Of a stretch of 64,000 bases of DNA, positions 41,801 to 50,502 are shown in pieces. Source of the DNA: a bacterium (GTDB lineage Bacteria > SM23-31); the NCBI GenBank assembly GCA_965249485.1, contig OZ252239.1, positions 2,944,001 through 3,008,000 on the forward strand. Reading direction: 5' to 3'. A program made the translations under genes and the position numbers. Each line of letters opens with the position of its first letter. Within the stretch, counting starts at the first letter, position 1. The notes beneath the pieces were generated by a model that saw only the letters and a list, made by a program, of their open reading frames with translations, ran no database searches and had not been told where the DNA came from.

Positions 41801-42576
41801 TGTTTGTCACCTGCAGCCAGGTTATTCTGTAGAATTTTTGCGATTTCAAGAGCATTGATTAGGAAAAAACCCTCAATTTCAGAGTCCTGTTTTTGCGTCT
41901 CCGAATTATTCAAGGGCACAATACGAGCCGGGACGATGAGCGTATTTTCACCCTCAGGAATAAGAGGTTGAGACGGCAACTCCAATTCAAGAACGAATCC
42001 CCCGTTATTATTTTCTCCGTCAGGAATCAGAGTCTGAATATCTAATAGGGAAAATGAATTATTGAGCGGAACTACTACACTTGGTAAAGTCGGTTCCGCT
42101 GCATTAGAAATGTTGTTTGAAAGATCTTTATCTTCATTAATGGCTAGAAAAATCGGTTTATTCTGGATTGCAGAAGAAATATTTTGATTAATGTCCTGAA
42201 TACGCAATAAATAAGGAATATGCAGCGGTCTATCGATTTGGATGTTATTATAATCAACTGGTGAATCAGAATTAACGACAAGGGGTAGTAATGTATGTTG
42301 TGGTTCAGCAGGATTGACGGATTGAATTTGATTCGAAGATTGCTTATTAGTTTGAGGTGTATAAATGGCAGTTCCGGACACATTTGCTTCTTGAGCATTT
42401 TGTGACCGGTTCTGAGCTAATGCTTGGACAGCAGTGACCGGAACAGCCCGCGCTAAAAAGGATTCAAAATCAGATTGCGACTGGGCACTTTGCACCCTTT
42501 CGCCTGAAACGAATCCCGACAATGAGTTTAAATCTTGTCCTGTAAATCCAAATAAAGTAGCTAAGGAATTATACAC
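38827..42576 (-). CDS. fliK: Very long hook-length control protein FliK (1249 aa)
   Basis: C-terminal VRLVPPHLGKMMLRI...LRESIAEKGVDI T3S4-type domain; upstream of flgD; own sigma54 promoter; start codon uncertain. Confidence 0.85.
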   Translation of the reverse strand: MYNSLATLFGFTGQDLNSLSGFVSGERVQSAQSQSDFESFLARAVPVTAVQALAQNRSQNAQEANVSGTAIYTPQTNKQSSNQIQSVNPAEPQHTLLPLVVNSDSPVDYNNIQIDRPLHIPYLLRIQDINQNISSAIQNKPIFLAINEDKDLSNNISNAAEPTLPSVVVPLNNSFSLLDIQTLIPDGENNNGGFVLELELPSQPLIPEGENTLIVPARIVPLNNSETQKQDSEIEGFFLINALEIAKILQNNLAAGDKQISSDNISNYKSVLPENDIPSIPALNVQSQDPIQNEKHVNTPLELPSKSNNNTFDLKYLSNLSKENVSNTGRVDTISVQDILRSVIDELKQEYLQSTGNKNEKEQLNDNAADFSHAQPVMEIITQNVRSLSLPDSSVSLLNVLEKIANLSDTNITETITMGDSETSILISVDTQEIVDAINDALVRYNRSTENTVADNFSSNNMRKPYNGETSEDIHSLLNSISLQAENGDDKAITIRFEIAGSLSNEENSDIVPNNSETNKNKLESNDLSVPITKSNQNSHITPNLSQVFPFLTENVRSEIASLIQEAQSNAPKQDISKHTFTFEVSVRDNSLPKEIDISKLQASLSQMVSLLHSGSNSSQLTIDNFIASLPEEMHDALQKIEFSFTSVLSGMEVSQNIGNNIEHNLDLLTDFQRSNINHDFTDRVSESLIQRVSNEVEIRLADITGNETSLSISIESNSEVSIKNTLPQVSQIEAVASKTLNGNTLFKDQNLVISVANLTTALNSADSEIGYVDIPVDMSTKDNNSQSLLRISYDSAVRLLEISTGNIENINPSISEYPNEIKVNQYNSMSTSVQEDELIQGVVIDHVQSEIDYVVQPKSLDQPEAIQQIDDRPVTIRIPLNTVEPSSNTMADDQNGLDHRNAEHNEPIQLQDDADNDDLVNNGKREQAISVSTDTKVHVPESGHKVDVQTILREDEDTSKIVGRTDDAAKVEVPKSVSFVIETSVTDYSEKFEGENLKVQGMFVEKTNEARTSKDIEFGDDGSNPDAKSRGDTYFVQEASDSHTGNSGDRRDSLFEKPTVTQEFIDSNGIDSKASKAFDIQNVLRVQEHSDKMPTTHRQPEVWESKDLAEHLVRHAQMSLRKGVSEMQVRLVPPHLGKMMLRIQMEDNQMSAIVRVETQEAKVLLQNNLAQLRESIAEKGVDIQTFDVHVQQDMQQDLNQSRWMKNDREAQNHFNQNDDNLTEELPYDETNNQAISRNFGYNTMELVV

Positions 42577-42679
42577 AACCGCATCAACTCTTTAAATTAA
42601 CGATGCCGTATCTGTCCTTGTTGACTATTTCCTATAGCCACTTATTGCCAATTCAAATTTTAGTATCCGGCTCTCATTG

Positions 42680-42695
42680 TGCAAGTAACGTGCCA
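42680..42695 (-). promoter_or_regulatory. sigma54 promoter for fliK-flgD-flgE
   Basis: Minus strand TGGCACGTTACTTGCA, a perfect consensus. Confidence 0.85.
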
Positions 42696-42841
42696 GAATA
42701 ATAGTGCATTCTAATAATAGTGTAGTTATAAGCTTGAAAAATTAATTAATGTCTGTCTTAACACAATAGACTACCAACAATAAGCCGGAATATTTTACAT
42801 GAGTGTTGAAAATAACCGGCAAAGTTTTCCCTGATCCATCC

Positions 42842-43423
42842 CTAATCCTGCTGAAGTTGCTGGTACCGTCTGATTATATCCGCTGCCCGCACCGGATCAC
42901 CTAAAGCTTCTATCACTTTTCCTGCTTCTCGGTCAGTCATCCGGTAAAGAATTCCAACAGCAGTCTGATCCGGCAATTGAATTAATATTTGGGCTGCCTG
43001 TTGGGGCACCATATTATTGTAGAGCAGCGCTAATTTCGCCAGATTAGCATTTTGGGAGGCTGTTAGTTGCGCTTGGCGTCCAAGTAATTGATCCCGAAGT
43101 GCTGCAATGCTATCCTCGCGTACTGCAACGTTTAATTCAATAGAATCAAGTACTGTTTCACGATTTGCAAGTTGAAACATCCTGTCATCAATCTGCTGCT
43201 GTAATTCCTGTGCAGGTGTTAATGTTGTATCAATTTGTATACCCATACCGGTAGAATCGGCCTCAAGGCCAGCCATTATTAACAATTTGGTGACTGTCGG
43301 TTTTAACATCTCTTCATATGGCATTGTTTTAGAACGGAATTTGTATCCGGCAAATCCTACAATTGCTAGAATAATCACAAAAATGAAAATGTATTTTAAG
43401 AGTGCTGCAATTAATTTTCTCAT
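42842..43423 (-). CDS. MotE/YlxF-like protein (MgtE N-terminal-like)
   Basis: TM, coiled coil, LALLYNNMVPQQAAQIL...M..REAGKVI; follows fliJ. Confidence 0.75.
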   Translation of the reverse strand: MRKLIAALLKYIFIFVIILAIVGFAGYKFRSKTMPYEEMLKPTVTKLLIMAGLEADSTGMGIQIDTTLTPAQELQQQIDDRMFQLANRETVLDSIELNVAVREDSIAALRDQLLGRQAQLTASQNANLAKLALLYNNMVPQQAAQILIQLPDQTAVGILYRMTDREAGKVIEALGDPVRAADIIRRYQQLQQD

Positions 43424-43899
43424 GATACACCCTGAATCGATATGTTCACAGGATTATTTTTTTGCTGAAAAAACTTTCCGCCTGCTAAATCATCAGATAT
43501 GAACTGTTCATCTGATAAAGTCTCTTTCATATAACTACTGAATTTCTTTTCTTTAAGTCGTTCGATGATCCGGCGATCTTTTACTGCTTCCACAAGGATT
43601 ACTCTCCGTTTTTCCACCTCTTCACAGGCGAGTTTAATCAACTCAAACTGCCGTGCTATTTGGTGCTCTAACATCTGAAAGTATCGGTAATACATATTGA
43701 TTTCCAAAACATTAATTTCATCTTGTTCACGGGTATAAAGCATATCAATATACTTAGAACGATTCCGTTTTACGTCATTGAGTTTTGCTACAGCTTTATC
43801 GTGTTCATTTTGAGCAGCAAGAAAATCTCTCCGACGTGCTTCTTCAATTGTGTGTTTTATATCTAATACGCGTTGTAATCGAAATCTAAATTTTTTCAT
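43420..43899 (-). CDS. fliJ: Flagellar export protein FliJ
   Basis: MKKFRFRLQRVLDIK, ERLKEK, EQ..SDD; follows fliI. Confidence 0.9.
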   Translation of the reverse strand: MKKFRFRLQRVLDIKHTIEEARRRDFLAAQNEHDKAVAKLNDVKRNRSKYIDMLYTREQDEINVLEINMYYRYFQMLEHQIARQFELIKLACEEVEKRRVILVEAVKDRRIIERLKEKKFSSYMKETLSDEQFISDDLAGGKFFQQKNNPVNISIQGVS

Positions 43900-45233
43900 G
43901 CCGTAGATTCTGACTGTATTATCAGCTTTAACTCATTAATGGTGCTTTGATAATCAAACTATTCTGTAATGCCCTGCCTGACATATTCATTGATTTTACT
44001 GTTCATTTTCAATGCAAGATCAATATCGGGATTACTACCTTCTGCATAGGCTCCGATGTTTATTAAATCTTCTGCTTCCCGGTATGATGCTATGAGCCTG
44101 AGAATTTTGGCTGCGGCATCCTGATGCTCTTTATCAGTTACGTCTATCATTAATCTGGACACACTGTCAAGTACATCTATAGCAGGATAGTGATTAAGCG
44201 AAGCCAGCCTTCTCGACAGAACTATATGACCGTCAAGAATAGAACGCATTGCATCCGAGATTGGCTCATTCATATCATCCGATTCAACAAGGACCGCATA
44301 GATCGCTGTTATACTACCCTCAAATGTTTTGCCGGTTCTTTCAAGCAATTTTGGAAGCATCGCAAACACCGAAGGCGGATATCCCTTTGTTGTTGGCGGC
44401 TCTCCGATTGAAAGTCCTATTTCCCTTTGTGCCTGGGCGATTCTTGTTGCTGAATCCATGAGAAACATTACATCATTTCCGCCATGTCGAAAATATTCTG
44501 CAATTGCTGTTGCCACATAGGCACCTTTAATCCTCACAAGAGCCGGTTCATCGGAAGTAACGGCAATTACAACCGACCGTTTCAGTCCTTCTTCACCGAG
44601 GTCATTCTCGATAAACTCTCTGACTTCTCTGCCTCGTTCACCTATAAGCGCAATAACATTTACATCAGCAGATGTATTCCGTGCAATCATTCCGAGAAGC
44701 ACTGACTTTCCAACACCGCTACCGGAAAAGATTCCTACTCTTTGACCTTTTCCCAGAGAAATGAGCGAATCTATCGCTTTTATTCCTGTAGCCAATGGTT
44801 CATTAATCCTGTCACGATCGAGCGGTCTCGGCGGTCTATTCTGTATAGACATTTCTTCTTCATACACAAGTGGGCCTTTGTTATCAATCGGCTCACCAAA
44901 TCCGTTAAGAACTCTTCCCTGCAATTCAGGGCCAATTCTGATTGAGAACGGCTCCCCACTTGCAATTACATCTGCACCCGGACTGATTCCATGCACTTCA
45001 CCGAGGGGCATCAGTAATACTTTATTATCGCGAAATCCGACAACCTCGGCCGTCTGTACCTCCTGAATTCCAGGAGTTTTTATAAAACATTTTTCACCGA
45101 TACTGACTGTCGGACCAACCGATTCAATGACTAAACCGATAATCCGATCAACACGCCCTTTCAACTTTACATGCCTGGAATCATCCGCGATCGTCGAATA
45201 TTTATTCGATATTTTCTCCAGAATCTCGATCAA
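43896..45233 (-). CDS. fliI: Flagellar export ATPase FliI; in-frame TAG at 43959-43961 removes the last ~20 residues
   Basis: GSGVGKS, LIGERGREV, GEPPTTKGYPPS, ILDGHIVL; after TAG the frame continues FDYQSTINELKLIIQSESTA to a TGA overlapping the fliJ ATG. Confidence 0.92.
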
Positions 45234-45930
45234 TCTTCTGCTCCAATCCTTTATTTACTGACGATTCCAATTCGGCCAATTGCGTTTCAATAGTGGCATC
45301 GATCATACCTGAATTCGTTTCAAGAACGCAACCACCTCTGGTGATTTTTTCATCCGGAATAATTTCAATATGGTTGACATATTCCTTCGGAATAAATTTC
45401 TCCTTCTCATTAAACTGATCGACATCATCCGGATGAACATGGAATAACAATTTGCTCTCATCAACTATATATTTCAATGCTTTGTTGACATGGTCTCTTA
45501 TTATTTTCTCCTGCGTAACTATTGACTCACCAACAATCTTTTTTGCAAAATGGAAAGCCAAATTAATAATAGTTTTCTCTGCTTCCTTCAGCAGATTGCT
45601 ATTAAAATCAATTGTTTCACGAATCGTCTGGGACAGCTTATTCAATAGCTCTTCAAGCTGCAAATGTACTTCACTTTTGCCTGAAGTTTCACCGTCACTG
45701 TACCCCCGGTTGTATTCTTCCGCTTTCTCTTTTTCTAAATTAGGCTGAATCTCAGCTATCTTTTGCTCTATAAGGACTGGGAGTCTTTGCTTAATTTCTT
45801 TCTGTAAACGCCTGTTAAACTCACGCTTCTGCACATCCTCGATCGGTTCGGGAACCCAAACAAAATCGATTTTGTCTTCACTCGTTATCTGCGAAATGGG
45901 CTTTTAAATATTTATATTAAAATCTGCCAT
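45202..45930 (-). pseudogene. fliH: FliH with an in-frame TAA at codon 9 (45904-45906)
   Basis: ATG 3 nt after the fliG stop gives MADFNINI*KPISQ... in frame with the called ORF; VHPDD, GGCVLET..IDATIETQL. Confidence 0.8.
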
Positions 45931-45933
45931 ATA

Positions 45934-46965
45934 TTATGCCACGATTTCTTCCTCACCACCTCTGCCGGATATTACAATCTCACCATCTTCTTCAAGAGAA
46001 CGGACAAGTTCTACAATTTTCATTTGTGCTTCCTCAACATCCTTGAGTCTGACAGGACCCATAAAGTCCAATTCTTCCCTAATTAAACCAGCAGCCCGCT
46101 CGGACATGTTTTGAAATATCTGCTCTTTTAATTCTTCACCGGAAACCTTTAATGCTATACTCAAATCCTTCGTGTCTAATTCTCTCAGTATTCTTTGAAT
46201 TGATCTATCATCAAGCACTACAAGATCATCAAAAGTGAACATCAAATTTTTAACTTCTACCGCAAGTTCAGGATTCCGTTTCTCCAGATCAGCTAATATT
46301 GTTCTTTCTCTCGATCTGTTTGCCATATTCAGTATTTCCGCAACAGATTGCGCACCACCGGCAGAACTTAGATCATGACCAAACACTGTTTCTACTTGAT
46401 TTTCAAGCACACCCTCTATATCGTTCAGGAGTTCTGGAGAAATTTTACCCATAGTTGCGATTCTGAATGCAACTTCAGCTTGTAATTCAGGTGAAAGATC
46501 TGCTAAAATCGACGCGACTTGCTGCGGCTCAAGATTAGCGAGTATCAGCGAAATTGTCTGCGGATGTTCATGTTGAATAAAATTAAGAAGCTGGTTTGCA
46601 TCGACATCCTTTAAGAGTTTGAAACCACTTACATGAATAGCTGATTCGACTTTCGATACAATTTCATGCGCTTTACGGGAACCAAGCGCTTTTTCTAGTA
46701 CATTCTGTGCATAATCGAGGCCACCCTGCGAAATATACTCCTGTGCCATTATCATCTGATAAAATTCTTCGATAACTGATTCCATTATTGTTGAGGGAAC
46801 ATCATTCATCTGCGCAATTTCAACGGCAAGACGCTCTACATCTTTTTCTTTCAAATTTTTGAATATCTGAGAAGCAGCTTCAGCGCCAACTGCAATAATT
46901 AAAATGGCTGCTTTCTGTCGACCTGATAGTTTTTCTACATTGAGTGTAATGTCTTCTTCAGTCAT
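45934..46965 (-). CDS. fliG: Motor switch protein FliG
   Basis: GRQKAAIL, EHPQTI, MFTFDDL, NMSERAA, MGPVRLKDVEEAQ. Confidence 0.97.
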   Translation of the reverse strand: MTEEDITLNVEKLSGRQKAAILIIAVGAEAASQIFKNLKEKDVERLAVEIAQMNDVPSTIMESVIEEFYQMIMAQEYISQGGLDYAQNVLEKALGSRKAHEIVSKVESAIHVSGFKLLKDVDANQLLNFIQHEHPQTISLILANLEPQQVASILADLSPELQAEVAFRIATMGKISPELLNDIEGVLENQVETVFGHDLSSAGGAQSVAEILNMANRSRERTILADLEKRNPELAVEVKNLMFTFDDLVVLDDRSIQRILRELDTKDLSIALKVSGEELKEQIFQNMSERAAGLIREELDFMGPVRLKDVEEAQMKIVELVRSLEEDGEIVISGRGGEEEIVA

Positions 46966-46968
46966 GTA

Positions 46969-48474
46969 TTACTTCTCCTCAATCAGCCATGTATTCAATA
47001 ATGACGCTACGTTTGAAGGTTTCTCTTTCGTGAATCTGGATACTTGGTCAAGCATTTGAGCACGGCGTTGTGCTTCAGCAGAAATTTCTTCCTCGATGGC
47101 TTCAGCTTCAATATCGATGGCAGGTTTCGGTTTCGGCAGAAGAAGGTCAAGGCTTCTGAATACAGATCTCAGAACAAAGATGAATAATATAGCAGCACCT
47201 GTCATAAGAAACCATTTGATAATATTCTGGATAAGTGTTGTCTGTTCCTGCTGCGCGAGTCTTTCTGCCTGTTCCACTACGATGGTATTATCAAATTGGT
47301 AATCGACGACTGATACCTGATCACCTCTATCAGTATTTGCGCCAATTGCGTTTATTACACTTTGCTCCAAGGAGCTAAGTTCCTCCGGCGAACGAGGCTG
47401 ATAAGCAAATTCTCCATCCGGTTGTTCAACCATTCTTCCATTCACAAGAACGGAAACTGAAATACCTGCAACCTGACCGAAGTCATCGACCGTGTTTTCT
47501 ATAGTCTCATTTATTTCATAATTTGTAGTAGTGCGTTCATTGTTCGATGCCTGTCCAACTGTATCAGATAAGCCACCAGCGGCAGATTCACGTTCCTGCG
47601 AACGAATTACCGCTGACGCCGGATCATACGTTTTGCTCGTAATATTTCTTTGCGTAAAATTCATATCAACGGCAACATTAACAATGGAGTTATTCGGTCC
47701 CAATGCCTCTATAAGTGTCCCTTCGAGTTTCGATCTCAAATCGAGCTCAATAGAACTTTTTAAACGTAATTGCTCAGACCGCAGTGCCAGCAGCGGATCT
47801 TTATTGATAACACTCGAAAGATTACTTCCGAATGAATCCGATATTATGACATTTGCCGGAAGCAATCCCTCTACACTGTTCGCTACCAATGATGCAATAG
47901 TCGTAACCTGTTCCGACGTTAATGTTGTGTTTCCTTGAAGTGTCAGGAGTACTGAAGCTGTTGTCGGTTTTTGATCCTGTACAAATAAACTTTGCTGTGG
48001 AACCACGATCCGAACCTGCGCCATCTCAATCATCTGCATTGCCCGAATGGTTCTACTGAGTTCACCTTCAAGAGCGCGCTTAAAATTGACCTGCTGAATA
48101 AAGTCGGTCATGCCGATATTAGTTCTATCAAAAATCTCATACCCAATCACTCCCCCGGTTATGAGACCGCTCGTAGTTATTTCAAGCCTGAGCTCAAGCT
48201 CCTGTCCCTGCGGAACAAGAATCGCTGTTCCTTCAGTTTCTAATTGATATGGGGTGCCCTGCTCCTGAAGATACTGAACAATTGCCTGAGCATCTTGTGG
48301 CTGTAAATTTGACTGAAGAACAACCCACTGCTGCTCACCGGTCCAAGTCATAACCGATACAATGACAACAACACCGAATATTGCCGCAAAGGCAACAACG
48401 GCCTTCTGTTTAGCATCAAGTTTTGTGAAAACTGCTTTTACTTGTTTTATAAACTGTACAAAGAAATCAAACAT
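46969..48474 (-). CDS. fliF: MS-ring protein FliF
   Basis: GYEIFD...TDF...RALEGELSRTI, PTTASVLL, NYEIN; two TM helices. Confidence 0.95.
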   Translation of the reverse strand: MFDFFVQFIKQVKAVFTKLDAKQKAVVAFAAIFGVVVIVSVMTWTGEQQWVVLQSNLQPQDAQAIVQYLQEQGTPYQLETEGTAILVPQGQELELRLEITTSGLITGGVIGYEIFDRTNIGMTDFIQQVNFKRALEGELSRTIRAMQMIEMAQVRIVVPQQSLFVQDQKPTTASVLLTLQGNTTLTSEQVTTIASLVANSVEGLLPANVIISDSFGSNLSSVINKDPLLALRSEQLRLKSSIELDLRSKLEGTLIEALGPNNSIVNVAVDMNFTQRNITSKTYDPASAVIRSQERESAAGGLSDTVGQASNNERTTTNYEINETIENTVDDFGQVAGISVSVLVNGRMVEQPDGEFAYQPRSPEELSSLEQSVINAIGANTDRGDQVSVVDYQFDNTIVVEQAERLAQQEQTTLIQNIIKWFLMTGAAILFIFVLRSVFRSLDLLLPKPKPAIDIEAEAIEEEISAEAQRRAQMLDQVSRFTKEKPSNVASLLNTWLIEEK

Positions 48475-48596
48475 GGCTAACGTGTTTCCGAATTAGAGGA
48501 TTTTTGTTTAATGCTCACATTAATTATGAATTTTGTTTTTAATCTGATAGAACGCGAGTCGCTGTACGAGAACTATCCAGTTCACTGACTTAGATT

Positions 48597-48923
48597 CTAC
48601 ACCTGCATTCTCAAAATTTCCTGATATGCCTCGATCATTTTGTTCCGTAGTTCCATCATGAGTTCAAAACTGGTACCTGCTTTTTCCACTGCAACCATAA
48701 CATCATGGACATCTTTTATCTCGCCCGTGAGCAATTTTTCAACTGACTTTCCCGCTTCCTGCTGAAGATCATTGACATCCTTCACAAATCCCTGCAATGT
48801 TTCAGAAAACGTTTTGTAATTTTCTTTCGTATGGTCTATTTCCGGCTGCTTGGGCCTCGTAATATCAGTACGAATTCCCTGCGGCTTTATAGCTCCTTGC
48901 TGTATGTTCGATATTTGTACCAT
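48597..48923 (-). CDS. fliE: Hook-basal body protein FliE
   Basis: DVHDVMVAVEKA...RNKMIEAYQEILRMQV. Confidence 0.96.
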   Translation of the reverse strand: MVQISNIQQGAIKPQGIRTDITRPKQPEIDHTKENYKTFSETLQGFVKDVNDLQQEAGKSVEKLLTGEIKDVHDVMVAVEKAGTSFELMMELRNKMIEAYQEILRMQV

Positions 48924-48944
48924 ACTTCACTCCGGATTAATTGT

Positions 48945-49298
48945 TCATCCTCTTATATCAAGGTGATTTCCGAGTATCCCATTCCTTGATAACCCGGGAT
49001 TTATACTTGGTTCACTTTTCTGTAGTAATGTATATACCTTTAACGGTTGAGCTGTACTTTGCACATTATCAACCTGAAATAACTGTTCGAAAAGCTGTTT
49101 TTCCTCAACAGATAACAATTTCTGAAGATTCTATGCTTTTACATTCGAGGCTATCGTCTTTGATGCTGTTGCTTTATCGGTTTCGGGAATCGTAAATGGT
49201 TTTGATGAGCCAATTTTCTTAGATTGGTTCAGCCCATCCGAGCCTGGTGCTCTCCGAACTGCCTCCGGTTGAAAATTTTGTATTTTGTTTACAACCAT
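48945..49298 (-). pseudogene. Hypothetical flagellar-operon protein (117 codons) with one in-frame TAG at 49131-49133; ends LGNHLDIRG
   Basis: Manual translation MVVNKIQNFQ...SNVKA*NLQKLLSVEEKQLFEQLF...GILGNHLDIRG*; fills the flgC-fliE gap in operon orientation; missed by the ORF track. Confidence 0.7.
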
Positions 49299-49329
49299 TT
49301 TTTTTGTCAGATATTCTAGTTATGCAAAT

Positions 49330-49827
49330 TTATATTTCAAGCGCTGTCATCATCATGTTTTTTGACGCATTCATTGCGGTTACATTCGCTTCATACGCTC
49401 TGGTAGCAGATATCATATTCACCATTTCAGTCACGATATTGATATTCGGATACGCGACAAAACCGTTCTCATCCGCATCGGGATGTGACGGCTCGTATAC
49501 AAGACGAGGCGGTGAACTCTCTTTAAAAATCTGGTCAATTTCCACACCCTGAAACATATTTTCTTTTCTCTCAACAGTTTGTTCGTTATCGAAATGGCCT
49601 TCCTTCGTTCTTTTGATCCGCATAATTTCTTCACTCAGGAGCGTAATGAACTCCGCTTTTGTTCCGGACTTCATAATGACTTGCTGCCGGCGATACGGAC
49701 CACCCTCCTCTGTTCGGGTTGTTTCCACATTAGCAATGTTGCTTGCGGTGGCGTTCATTTTTGTCCTCTGGGATGTTAATCCCGTAGCACTTATATCGAT
49801 TGCTGAAAAAAGTCCTCCGATAGGCAT
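49330..49827 (-). CDS. flgC: Basal-body rod protein FlgC
   Basis: SNIANVETTRT..GPYRRQ, YEPSHPDAD, EMVNMISATRAYEAN. Confidence 0.97.
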   Translation of the reverse strand: MPIGGLFSAIDISATGLTSQRTKMNATASNIANVETTRTEEGGPYRRQQVIMKSGTKAEFITLLSEEIMRIKRTKEGHFDNEQTVERKENMFQGVEIDQIFKESSPPRLVYEPSHPDADENGFVAYPNINIVTEMVNMISATRAYEANVTAMNASKNMMMTALEI

Positions 49828-49843
49828 AATTCTATCCTAACTG

Positions 49844-50269
49844 TTAGCGAATTGGTTCTCCACGAATTGCTGATTTCAATTTATTAAAAGACCGTTCCAT
49901 AAATCGTGCAGCATACGTAAATCGGATTTGATTTTTTGCAAGTTCTGACATTTCCCGATCGATATCGACATTATTTTTACCGCTGGCAAGCGACTCATCT
50001 TTCGGAATAAAAGGAATATGTTTCACGTCGTCTATTCTGGGTTTACCGACACTAAGATGTTTTGGGTCGGTACGATAACCGAATAAACCTCGTTTATTAA
50101 GAGCGGCTTTGAGGTCTTCTTCAAAACCTACTTCTGATCTCCTGTAACCGGGAGTATCGACATTTGCAATATTATCTGAAATAGACTTTTGGCGCATCGA
50201 ATAAGCATCCAGGCTCTTATGGAGAACAGGCACTTTCGTCCTGCTAAAAATAAAATCACTGATCTTCAT
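49844..50269 (-). CDS. flgB: Basal-body rod protein FlgB
   Basis: NIANVDTPGY, NNVDIDREM. Confidence 0.96.
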   Translation of the reverse strand: MKISDFIFSRTKVPVLHKSLDAYSMRQKSISDNIANVDTPGYRRSEVGFEEDLKAALNKRGLFGYRTDPKHLSVGKPRIDDVKHIPFIPKDESLASGKNNVDIDREMSELAKNQIRFTYAARFMERSFNKLKSAIRGEPIR

Positions 50270-50340
50270 GAGTGTTTCCCCTTAAACGTTCCGGGACGCA
50301 CTGTCCCACTCGTTCAAATAAAAAATCAGTGACGCAACTG

Positions 50341-50356
50341 GCAATATTTATGCCAA
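50341..50356 (-). promoter_or_regulatory. sigma54 promoter for the flgB operon
   Basis: Minus strand TTGGCATAAATATTGC. Confidence 0.75.
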
Positions 50357-50453
50357 TAAGAGAATTGAGAAATCCGAAGGGATAACTGAGATGAAATGCT
50401 ACAAAAAAAATATACCCTAAAAATGTGAAGCTGGAAAAAGATACAGGGTAATC

Positions 50454-50466
50454 GGCAAGAATTGCC
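50454..50466. promoter_or_regulatory. Candidate activator (enhancer) site
   Basis: Palindrome GGCAA-GAA-TTGCC ~100 bp upstream of the flgB sigma54 promoter. Confidence 0.45.
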
Positions 50467-50502
50467 TAATACTTGAGGAATTTCACAAAAAATATTTCTT
50501 TA

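Noticed and set aside
48941..49195. 84-aa plus-strand ORF and the other short antisense ORFs in the track
   Set aside because: Shadows of minus-strand genes, with no RBS or recognisable motifs
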